Shown: positions 1 through 9,433, numbered from the stretch's first letter. The stretch: 10,723 bases of DNA from a candidate division WOR-3 bacterium (GCA_965648935.1 CBFGIY010000076.1:1-10723), one strand, 5' to 3'. Notes: generated from the sequence alone by a model not told the origin. Made by a program: numbers and translations.

Positions 1-216
1 ACCGGCGACCAGGTCAACCCGCGCAAGGAATCGTCGGGCAGCCAGTTCTACCTCTGCCTTGAGCCGCTGCCGATGCTCGACGGCAACTACACGGTCATCG
101 GCCAGATTGTCGAGGGAATGGACGTCCTCCAGAAGATCGGAGCCGTGAAGACCGGAGCGCAGGACCGCCCGGTCAATCCGGTCGTGATGGAACAGGTAAC
201 GGTCACCACCCAGTAG
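1..216 (+). CDS. Cyclophilin-type peptidyl-prolyl cis-trans isomerase, C-terminal part (5'-partial)
   Basis: Not in the ORF track. Frame 1 translated by hand: TGDQVNPRKESSGSQFYLCLEPLPMLDGNYTVIGQIVEGMDVLQKIGAVKTGAQDRPVNPVVMEQVTVTTQ*, stop TAG 214-216. SGSQFY, LDGxYTVxGxxxxGMDV and DRP are hallmark cyclophilin motifs. Confidence 0.95.
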   Translation, partial: TGDQVNPRKESSGSQFYLCLEPLPMLDGNYTVIGQIVEGMDVLQKIGAVKTGAQDRPVNPVVMEQVTVTTQ

Positions 217-230
217 CAACCGGCTTTGGC

Positions 231-262
231 CGCAAGGCCCGGGCGCTTGCCCGGGCCTTGCG
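231..262. terminator. Perfect GC-rich hairpin between convergent genes, probable bidirectional terminator or 3' stabilising stem
   Basis: CGCAAGGCCCGGGC (231-244), loop GCTT, GCCCGGGCCTTGCG (249-262): a 14-bp perfect inverted repeat between the PPIase stop (216) and the mtnA stop (265). No clear U-tract on either strand. Confidence 0.75.
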
Positions 263-264
263 CT

Positions 265-1368
265 CTAACCGGGCTCTCTGCCCGCCAGCCTCGCCAGCGA
301 ACGCGCCAGGGGCGGCCGCGCTATCCCCCGCTCGGTGACTATAGCGCTCACCAGCCGCGCCGGGGTAACGTCAAAAGCCGGGTTGTAAGCGGCGACACCC
401 GCAGGCGCGGCCCGGCAAGAGCCGAAGCCGCGCACTTCGGCCGGATCTCGCTCCTCTATCCGAATGCCCGCCCCGTCCGCAGTGGCGTTGTCGAAAGTCG
501 AGGTTGGAGCGGCGATGATGAACGGTCGGCGCGCGGCCCGGGCAAGAACCGCCAGCATCCGGGTTCCCACCTTGTTGGCAGTGTCGCCATTGCGCGCTAT
601 ACGGTCGGCACCGGCAAGCACCGCGTCACACCGCTCGACCACTGACGCGGCCGCGCTGTCGACTATCAGCCGCACCGGCACGCCGGCCCGCTCAAGCTCC
701 AGCGCGGTGAGCCGCGCGCCTTGCAGGAGCGGCCTCGTCTCGCAGGCATAGACCATCGGCCGCTTGCCATCAGCGTGCGCCTGCAGCACGATGCCGAGCG
801 CGGTACCCAGACCCGGTCCGGCAAGAGAGCCGGTGTTGCAGATGGTGAGCACCACCGCATTCCTGGGCAGCAGCCCGACGCCGTACCGGGCGATGAGAGC
901 GGAACTCCGGGTTTCCTCGGCCTCGATTGCACGCGCCTCGGCCAGCAGCTTACCGGCCAGATCGCGCCCGGCGGAATCACCCGCCAGCACTGCGCGCATC
1001 CGCCTGACTGCCCAGCCGAGGTTGACAGCGGTCGGACGGGCAACGGCCAGCAGGTCGCAGGCATGCTCGGCTCCGGCACGGGCACGGCTTTGAGCAGATC
1101 GCGCCCCTTCCAGCGCGACGCCATATGCCGCAGCAACGCCAATCAGTGGGGCCCCGCGCACGGCCAGCGTCCTGATGAGTTGCGCAACATCATATGCGGT
1201 GCGCGGCCGCCGATAGACCACGCGACCCGGCAGCAGCCGCTGGTCGAGCACCTCCAGGCAACCGCCTTTGCGCGTACTTCGCCAGCGGACCGCTCGGAAA
1301 GGCGGATCCGCCGCCTTCGGGCTAGCGCTTCTCGAGCAGCGCGACGATCGAGAAAGAGCTTGATTCAT
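265..1368 (-). CDS. mtnA: S-methyl-5-thioribose-1-phosphate isomerase (eIF-2B alpha/beta/delta-like family)
   Basis: Motifs LDQRLLP, VRGAPLIG, RPTAVNL, T(I)CNTGSLA, ETRPLLQGARLT, GADRIARNGDTANKVGT, IEERDPAEV, NPAFDVTP. Start moved from the track's 1392 to ATG at 1368, which has GAGGAG upstream. No in-frame ATG/GTG/TTG lies between it and the first conserved residues. Overlaps the upstream gene by 47 nt. Confidence 0.93.
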   Translation of the reverse strand: MNQALSRSSRCSRSASPKAADPPFRAVRWRSTRKGGCLEVLDQRLLPGRVVYRRPRTAYDVAQLIRTLAVRGAPLIGVAAAYGVALEGARSAQSRARAGAEHACDLLAVARPTAVNLGWAVRRMRAVLAGDSAGRDLAGKLLAEARAIEAEETRSSALIARYGVGLLPRNAVVLTICNTGSLAGPGLGTALGIVLQAHADGKRPMVYACETRPLLQGARLTALELERAGVPVRLIVDSAAASVVERCDAVLAGADRIARNGDTANKVGTRMLAVLARAARRPFIIAAPTSTFDNATADGAGIRIEERDPAEVRGFGSCRAAPAGVAAYNPAFDVTPARLVSAIVTERGIARPPLARSLARLAGREPG

Positions 1369-2221
1369 CTGCAGACTCCTCATCTCCTGCAATTCTCACA
1401 TCTGACCAGTCAAACGTGACGTTTGCCGACGGCAGCAGCGAACACACCGCGCTGCCCGTGGCGAGGGCCACCCGCAGCGCGAAACGCGTCAGACCGTAAC
1501 TTTCGAGAACCGCCGCGGCCCGGTTGACGAGGTAGCCGCCGCTGTTCTCCGCTCTGACAGCCTGCCTGACGATGGCCGCGGAACACAACCGCCAGAGCCG
1601 CCAGTGTTCGAAGGGGTTGAAGGAATGGTCGGCAAGGCGTTGACGCATCGTTCTAGAGCTGTACTCGACCGGGTGGGGACCGTACCCCGAATGGGCACGC
1701 GGAAACGGAGTCCGGTCAGGGGTCGAAAACACGACCCGCGCGCCCGACGCCAGTCCAGCGTGCAAGCGGTGCAGCAGTTTGGCGGCCTGGTGCGGCGGGA
1801 AGTGCTCGATGAGTTCGAGCATCATCACATCATCAAAGCCGCCCAGCTCGTCGAACCCGGCACTGACCGCATCGAGACGCCGGAACTCAAGCCCGGCTGT
1901 CGCGCCATCCCAGCGCGCCGTGCGGTCGGTTGCAACCAGCTTCCAGTCAGCAGGCATCAATCGGGCGAACTCACGGCTCAATCTGCCGCTCCCGCAACCC
2001 AGCTCGAGCACGCGCCTAGGTCCTGCACGGTCAGTCAGGATGGCTAGCGCCGCTGCGTAGTTGGCCGCGTGATGCAGCTTCAGTCGCGCATCCGGATGCT
2101 GCTCGACCGCAGCACCCTCGACGTTGGCGAAGCGTCGCGGCGGACGGCACCTCGTGAACGCGCCAGCGATGCTCTCAAGAGCGGAGGAAAACCGTTCACG
2201 CAGTGGCGGTACGCCTGCCAC
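1322..2221 (-). CDS. Class I SAM-dependent methyltransferase, substrate unknown
   Basis: SAM-binding motif I VLELGCGSG, post-I VATD, motif II FRRLDA, FDDVMMLELIEHF, LASGARVVFSTPDR and downstream HPVEY. GTG start directly after a promoter-like element. Confidence 0.85.
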   Translation of the reverse strand: MAGVPPLRERFSSALESIAGAFTRCRPPRRFANVEGAAVEQHPDARLKLHHAANYAAALAILTDRAGPRRVLELGCGSGRLSREFARLMPADWKLVATDRTARWDGATAGLEFRRLDAVSAGFDELGGFDDVMMLELIEHFPPHQAAKLLHRLHAGLASGARVVFSTPDRTPFPRAHSGYGPHPVEYSSRTMRQRLADHSFNPFEHWRLWRLCSAAIVRQAVRAENSGGYLVNRAAAVLESYGLTRFALRVALATGSAVCSLLPSANVTFDWSDVRIAGDEESADESSSFSIVALLEKR

Positions 2222-2227
2222 GCGATG

Positions 2228-2255
2228 ATACTACGGCTCGGGATGTCCGCGTCAA
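2228..2255 (-). promoter_or_regulatory. Sigma70-type promoter for the methyltransferase-mtnA unit, probably leaderless
   Basis: Minus strand TTGACG (2255-2250), 16 bp, TAGTAT (2233-2228), 6 nt, GTG (2221). No Shine-Dalgarno. An overlapping TATCAT with a 19-bp spacer is an alternative -10. Confidence 0.6.
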
Positions 2256-2532
2256 CCGCGCGAACGGCCTGGCCTGCCGTCGTCGAAAACACTCATCACA
2301 ACAAGCCGCTCTCGCGAACCGGTGTCGTGCCGTGAGGCCACGAGCACTTAGCCGCTCCCAAGACACCCTGCCCGGACATTCCACCAAATAGCAGTTCCTG
2401 TCAGCGACTTTGCGGCCGACTGCAACTCCACCTCTGGCCCAGAAAGCAATAACAGTTTGACCACAGGCAGCTTAACCTCTCTCGGCGGACGAACCGCTGA
2501 CCACTAGGGGAACGGCTCCCCCATACAGATGC

Positions 2533-2562
2533 AGTATTGAAGTAAGGACTAACTCTTGTCAA
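2533..2562 (-). promoter_or_regulatory. Possible additional leftward promoter inside the intergenic region
   Basis: Minus strand consensus TTGACA (2562-2557), 18 bp, AATACT (2538-2533), in an AT-rich stretch (26/60 GC at 2521-2580). The -10 is imperfect. Confidence 0.35.
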
Positions 2563-2710
2563 ACGGGAACACTCGCCATTCCATCGGCATCTCCGTAAGT
2601 TATCATCGCATTCCCCCGACCCGGCGTCTCATTGTGTCGGCAGCCCCCACCGAGAATCCCCGGCCCCGAACTCCGCTGACGTAGCAGCGATCATATCGCG
2701 GTCTGCCGCC

Positions 2711-2738
2711 TTGACTTGCCGGCCCTCTGCCCTACCAT
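2711..2738 (+). promoter_or_regulatory. Sigma70-type promoter of the EF-G gene, probably leaderless
   Basis: TTGACT (2711-2716), 16 bp, TACCAT (2733-2738), 7 nt, GTG (2746). No Shine-Dalgarno. Confidence 0.65.
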
Positions 2739-2745
2739 TTGGGCC

Positions 2746-4839
<2,094 letters not shown>

Positions 4840-4853
4840 CCGCGCCCGAAGAA

Positions 4854-4878
4854 GACCCGGACTGCGACCCGGGTCCGG
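4854..4878. terminator. Weak hairpin between convergent fusA and lipoprotein genes
   Basis: GACCCGG (4854-4860) pairs with CCGGGTC (4869-4875); alternative stem CCGGAC (4857-4862) with GTCCGG (4873-4878). No adjacent U-tract. Confidence 0.3.
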
Positions 4879-4908
4879 CTGCCCGCGCCCGCCTGACTTT
4901 CGGCGAAG

Positions 4909-7185
4909 CTAGCGCGGCACGATTATCGAAACGGTCCCCGACTGGGAATTGGCTGCGTAGACCTTGTTGGAAACGCTGTTGTAGCAGATATCCACGGGTC
5001 GCGAATCGATATTGATGAATCGAATCACCCGGTCGCCGGCCCCATCGATGATGGTGACGGAACCTGCGCCCCAGTTCGCCACGTACAGCTTGCCGGCCTG
5101 TCGTGCGTACACCCCGGAACGGGGCTGATTGCCCACCGGCAGCCCCATGACGACGCGGCGCTCGACTCCGTCAATCACCGAAACGTTGTTGTCGGCCGCG
5201 TTGAGTGAATAGACGCGCCCGCGCACCGGGTTGCTCAGCACAACCCAGGGTTCACGGCCGACGATGACCGGCGCGAGAGGCTGGTTCGTTGCCCCGTCTA
5301 TCGGACAGAGCGCATTTCCGGTTCGGCCCGCCGCCCAGATGATGTTATTCGACTCGTCAACCAACAATGAGTACGGCAATAGAGAGAGGGGGACGCTGGC
5401 CACGAGCTCAAGTGTTCCGCAGTTGATCACGCTCACCCGCCCCGGCATCGAATCCGACACGTAGACCCGGTCGGCGGTGCGGCTGTAGACTACTGCCCGC
5501 GGATTGCGGCCGACGACGACCGTCGCGACCACCGAGTCGCCTGCGCAGTCGACAACCGTCACCGTGCTGTCGCCGGAATTGGCGACCCACACCCGCTTGC
5601 GAACCGGGTCGTAACAGAGTGCCGATGGCATTCGCCCGACCGCGATGATTCGGCGCACGCTCAGCGCCGCCGGGTCAACAACAGCAAGCGTGCCCGAGTC
5701 GGTCGCGCAGTACACACGGTTCGGATCGGGGGTCCAGAGCAGGCGACTCGGGGCCGGTCCCACCGCCACGCGCCCGACCACTGCGTTGGTCTGACCGCTG
5801 ATGGCGACAAGTTCGTCGCCGCCCCGCAACGCACAGAAGACCCGGTTGTCCAGCGAGTCGAAACACAGACTCGACGGATTGACACCGACCGCAACCGACG
5901 GAAGCAGGGAATCCGGGTATGGCGGTTCGATTACAGCAAACGCGACGCTTGTGCCCGATGCGGTATCTGCCCGGCAGTGAGCCACCACCCGAACTCTGGC
6001 CTTGGTTGACGCCGGGCCAGATGGTATCCACGCGAACTGACCGGGCTGCTTGGTGCTGCCCTGGCGCTGCCAGGTCATACCGGAATCGGCCGAGTAGAAG
6101 ACAACGCTTGAATCCATCCCGTCAGTGCCCCCGGTCCAGCGTATCGTGTACGACGAACCGACGTTCCAGCGGCTCAGCGCGTTCGGCACTGTAACATTGA
6201 TGCTCGTCGGGCGCAGAGTGTCATAGATCACGACGGCGCCGGACGAACCAATCCAGGTGTCTCCCTCTGCCCAGACCCTGACCTGGACGCCGCCCGAGGC
6301 CGTCACCGCGCCCGGCACGGTCCATGCGAACTGCCCGCCGACCACCGGCTGTCCCAGCCTGACCCAACTGCTGCCGTCAAGCGTGTAGTAAAGAACGGTC
6401 GAGTCCAGCAGGTGTGCCGCCGGACCGCCACTGTAACGTATGGTGTAGTTTGACAGCATCCGGATGCGATCACCCGACTTGGGGGCGTCGATTCGCAAGG
6501 GAGACATCGTCGCGAAACGCCAGACAGGACCCGGCGTGGCCGCCCTGCGGTTGTCGCGAGCGACAACCTGCCACAGGTACTGCGCGCCATACTGCAGGCC
6601 GCTGACCCGAAAGAACGTGTCACCCAGGGACTCGGCGACGGTCGGCAGCGGCAGCGAAGTGCCGAGACGGATATCGTACTGCAGCACGTCAAGCGAGTCC
6701 GGGTCCGACGCGCTCCAGCGCAAGACCATCCTGTTGCTTCGATCGGTTGCACCGCTCTCCGGCACCGGGGAATGTGGCGCGAACGGAGCATGATTCTCGG
6801 CCGCCATCGTGAAGGTCCACAGCGGACCGTCGGTGCTGCCCAGCCAGTTATCCTGCGCCCTGACTCGCCACCAGTAGCGCTCCAGCCAGACGAGGCTTGA
6901 CGGCCGCCAGTTCGGTTCGGCCAGACCGCTTTCGGCCAGCGGCGGGTCAGGACGATTCCCGAAGTAGATCATGTAGCTTATCGTATCGCCCGAGTCAGGA
7001 TCGGTGCACGTCCAGCGCAGCACCAGGCCGCTGTCGATCCCGGTGGCGCCACTATCTGGAAGGGGCCGCGAGGGCGCTAGAGGGGGGCGATTCCGCTCAT
7101 AGGGGTTGTCCCACTTGCGGCACCCGCCCAAGACAAACGCGAGAAGGCACGCCGCCGCTGCTATCGGTACCCGCCTAAGCTTCAC
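4909..7185 (-). CDS. Lipoprotein: 2 FN3-like modules, 2 Ig-like modules and a YVTN/YncE-type beta-propeller
   Basis: Signal MKLRR, hydrophobic core, lipobox LGG-C22. Duplicated ~99-aa module (aa ~32-126 and ~131-226; P.AP..P.P.SGAT, LRW...DPDS, Y.W.V.A.DN, GP.W.F). Second duplicated module (aa ~230-320 and ~329-419; YTIR..GG, GQFAW). Eight ~42-aa VGxxP...xVYVAN...VSVID repeats from aa 431. The GTG start abuts the upstream TAA. Confidence 0.88.
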   Translation of the reverse strand: MKLRRVPIAAAACLLAFVLGGCRKWDNPYERNRPPLAPSRPLPDSGATGIDSGLVLRWTCTDPDSGDTISYMIYFGNRPDPPLAESGLAEPNWRPSSLVWLERYWWRVRAQDNWLGSTDGPLWTFTMAAENHAPFAPHSPVPESGATDRSNRMVLRWSASDPDSLDVLQYDIRLGTSLPLPTVAESLGDTFFRVSGLQYGAQYLWQVVARDNRRAATPGPVWRFATMSPLRIDAPKSGDRIRMLSNYTIRYSGGPAAHLLDSTVLYYTLDGSSWVRLGQPVVGGQFAWTVPGAVTASGGVQVRVWAEGDTWIGSSGAVVIYDTLRPTSINVTVPNALSRWNVGSSYTIRWTGGTDGMDSSVVFYSADSGMTWQRQGSTKQPGQFAWIPSGPASTKARVRVVAHCRADTASGTSVAFAVIEPPYPDSLLPSVAVGVNPSSLCFDSLDNRVFCALRGGDELVAISGQTNAVVGRVAVGPAPSRLLWTPDPNRVYCATDSGTLAVVDPAALSVRRIIAVGRMPSALCYDPVRKRVWVANSGDSTVTVVDCAGDSVVATVVVGRNPRAVVYSRTADRVYVSDSMPGRVSVINCGTLELVASVPLSLLPYSLLVDESNNIIWAAGRTGNALCPIDGATNQPLAPVIVGREPWVVLSNPVRGRVYSLNAADNNVSVIDGVERRVVMGLPVGNQPRSGVYARQAGKLYVANWGAGSVTIIDGAGDRVIRFINIDSRPVDICYNSVSNKVYAANSQSGTVSIIVPR

Positions 7186-8223
7186 TTACCACCGCACAAG
7201 CAGCCACGTCACGCACAGCGCGCCGCCCGCGCCCAACGCGATATTGCGGCCCAGGTCCCATCGCTCGGTCACGCCGCGCCAGTAGCGGGCTGAGTCGGGC
7301 ATCTGGGCGGACTGGTAGCGGGCATAGGATTGCTCACCCATCCACGCAGACACGCCGCCCGCCGCGATCCCCAGGGAGCCGGCAATGAGAAAGGGGATCT
7401 TGCGCGTCCGAAGCCTCTCCATCGTGACCCTGACATTCGCCGTTTCGGCCTGGTACACCTCGGTGTAACCAACCCAGTCAACATAGCCCTTCTTCGTCAG
7501 GTTCAGGACATAGCGGTCCGGGTTCAGCTCTCCGAAGAACGGAGTAGTACCGCTCGGCCGATTGGCAATCGACAGCCGGGCGCTGTCCGGGCTGGACGTC
7601 ACCACCAGAAAACCCTTGCCCGAACCAAGGCGAAGAGTGACACCATATGGACCCGGTGTCTGCAGATCAACGGTCTTGGTCACTTCCTTGTACCCCTCAA
7701 GCCGCGCCTTCACAGTGTGCCTGCCATAGGGTATGCCCAGAAGCGCCAGGCCGCCCTCGCCGGCACGGCCGCGTGGGGCACCATCAAGAAACACCTCCGC
7801 GCCGACAGGCTCAGTGGTCACAACGATCGTACCAATCAAAGCGATGATAGTAAACGAGCCAGAGTAAGAAGCATAGCCGCGCTTGCTGACCCGGTACGTA
7901 TGGCGACCGGCCGACAGGTCGCGCAGTTCGAGTGGCGTCCTGCCCCTCGGAATGCCGTCGACCTCGATGTCCGCATCGCCGGGTTCCGAGCTTATCACCA
8001 CGACGGAACCCAGCACCGCGGCGCTCGCCGACAGCTGCCTTGCCTGCTGACCGGTCGCAGGTCTGCTTTCAAGGCGCGCTCCGCAGTTCTTGCAGAATTG
8101 GGCCTGGTCGCTGTTCACGGTGCCGCAAACTGCACAACGCTGGTCGGCCGCAGCGACGCCTGCGCCTGCGAGGATGAGCAGCACGGTAGTCAGACACCAT
8201 AGAATCACGCCGCGTCGCATCAT
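7186..8223 (-). CDS. Secreted or membrane PEGA-domain protein with N-terminal zinc ribbon
   Basis: Start at ATG 8223 (MMRRGVILWCL...VAAA, Sec-type signal). Then CAVCG-x6-AQFCKNCG, three PEGA repeats (SSEPGDADIEVDG..GRTP; TTEPVGAEVFLDG; TSSPDSARLSI..GTTP) and two C-terminal hydrophobic Gly-rich segments. The track start at 8292 lies inside the upstream gene and is rejected. Confidence 0.85.
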   Translation of the reverse strand: MMRRGVILWCLTTVLLILAGAGVAAADQRCAVCGTVNSDQAQFCKNCGARLESRPATGQQARQLSASAAVLGSVVVISSEPGDADIEVDGIPRGRTPLELRDLSAGRHTYRVSKRGYASYSGSFTIIALIGTIVVTTEPVGAEVFLDGAPRGRAGEGGLALLGIPYGRHTVKARLEGYKEVTKTVDLQTPGPYGVTLRLGSGKGFLVVTSSPDSARLSIANRPSGTTPFFGELNPDRYVLNLTKKGYVDWVGYTEVYQAETANVRVTMERLRTRKIPFLIAGSLGIAAGGVSAWMGEQSYARYQSAQMPDSARYWRGVTERWDLGRNIALGAGGALCVTWLLVRW

Positions 8224-8233
8224 GACTGACACA

Positions 8234-9433
8234 TCAGAACCTGAAACCACAACGCACACAGAATCTGGCCCCTCGCTCGCGCGCGGCGCCACACCTCAAG
8301 CACGTCGCGCGTCCGCCTGACACCGTGACGACGACGGTCGCACCGCTCGCAATCGCACTGCCGACGGCCGGCCGCGTTCCGATGACGCGCCCCTCGGGCT
8401 GGATGTCGGAAAAAGAAGTCTCAACAACCGGACTTACGCCCAGTCGGCGCAGTTGTTCCACAGCATCGCTTGAGTCACGCCCCGCCAGTTCCGGCACAAC
8501 TATACGCCCGGTGCTGACGCGAAGCACAACGGCCGTCCTCGCCCCGACCCGCGAACCCGGTTCGGGTTCCTGCACAACCACAGACCCGGCCGGTGCCGCA
8601 TCTTCAGTCTCCTCGACCCCCACCGCATCGACGCCAACCGACAGAAGCAGCTCTTTCGCTTCCAAAAGGGTCTTTCCACGCACATCTGGCATCCTGCGAA
8701 CACCCCTTAGCAGTACGAAGGCAGCTCCTGCCACGAACAGAGCGACAGGGATGACCAGCACGAGTGGAGAGAACCGCGCGCGCTGCCGGGACGCAGGAAG
8801 ACGTTTCGACTCGACAGCCGCCCCGACATCGTTGCCACTCTGCAGCACCGCGCTCTCTTGCGGCTTCTCAAGAGCATCCAGCAGCGCGGACCGAAACTCA
8901 GCAACACTCTGGTATCTCCCGGCCGGATTCTTGCTAAGGGCCCTCAGTATGACTCGCTCGAGCTCAGGCGAAACCTCCGAAGAAACGAGACGCGGAGGGT
9001 CAGGCGGCCTGTTGATGTGGGCAGCTATGCACTCGTGTCTCAGTTCGCAATCAAAGGGCCGCCGACCCGTGACTGCCTCATAGAGCACCACTCCCAGAGA
9101 GTAGATGTCCGAACGGCTATCCGGTGCGCGCTTCTGACAACGCTCCGGCGACATATAACGTACGTCGCCGAGGCCGCCAGCTCCACGCCCGGTCAGGGTG
9201 TATCGTCCGTCTTTCAGGACGATGCGGGCGCTTGTGATGTCACCATGAACTTCGGCTCTGGAATGCACCGCCTGGAGGTCGTCGAGCACACCGCCAAGAA
9301 TCTCTGCAACCTCGGTTGCGCTCAGGCATCCCCGCTTGGCCAGCAGCTGAGCGAGAGTGCTGACGCCCGACTCCTCAGCGTCTGGAGTGACTGCCGACCC
9401 AGCCTGGTCTGTCCTTGGCGTCGAGTCCATCAT
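8234..9433 (-). CDS. PknB/StkP-like membrane pseudokinase: kinase C-lobe, TM helix, 2 PASTA domains, C-terminal zinc ribbon
   Basis: Retains YMSPE, SDIYSLGVVLYEAVTGRRPF and LRALSKNPAGRYQS. TM at aa ~223-242. PASTA repeats begin MPDVRG and VPELAG. Ends CLRCG-x6-ARFCVRCG. No GxGxxG, VAIK or DFG motif. Confidence 0.88.
   Translation of the reverse strand: MMDSTPRTDQAGSAVTPDAEESGVSTLAQLLAKRGCLSATEVAEILGGVLDDLQAVHSRAEVHGDITSARIVLKDGRYTLTGRGAGGLGDVRYMSPERCQKRAPDSRSDIYSLGVVLYEAVTGRRPFDCELRHECIAAHINRPPDPPRLVSSEVSPELERVILRALSKNPAGRYQSVAEFRSALLDALEKPQESAVLQSGNDVGAAVESKRLPASRQRARFSPLVLVIPVALFVAGAAFVLLRGVRRMPDVRGKTLLEAKELLLSVGVDAVGVEETEDAAPAGSVVVQEPEPGSRVGARTAVVLRVSTGRIVVPELAGRDSSDAVEQLRRLGVSPVVETSFSDIQPEGRVIGTRPAVGSAIASGATVVVTVSGGRATCLRCGAARERGARFCVRCGFRF

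Noticed and set aside
1322..2221. Hen1-like RNA 2'-O-methyltransferase call from the ELIEH motif
   Set aside because: ExxEH is shared by many class I methyltransferases; the Hen1 TPNxEYN and RHxDHxFEW motifs and a neighbouring Pnkp gene are absent.
226..2335. Plus-strand and alternative-frame ORFs over mtnA and the methyltransferase (e.g. 226-645, 721-1419, 1604-2047, 2069-2335)
   Set aside because: Arg/Pro/Ala-rich translations typical of non-coding frames in high-GC DNA; they overlap well-supported genes.
2370..2385. Minus-strand GGTGGAATGTCCGGGC resembling the RNase P RNA GAGGAAAGTCCGGGC motif
   Set aside because: Mismatches fall at invariant positions, and there is no room or matching 3' P4 strand for a full rnpB before the next gene.
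2426..2437. Minus-strand CCAGAGGTGGAG resembling the 5' part of a SAM-I riboswitch upstream of SAM-related genes
   Set aside because: Lacks the preceding ATC, the GGGACTGGCCC continuation, GCAACC and the closing GAT. An Rfam scan would settle it.
2256..2710. CRISPR array, tRNA, tmRNA or SRP RNA in the intergenic region
   Set aside because: Repeats are only 7-9 nt in two or three copies; no cloverleaf or TTCGA arm, tmRNA termini or SRP domain IV motif was seen.
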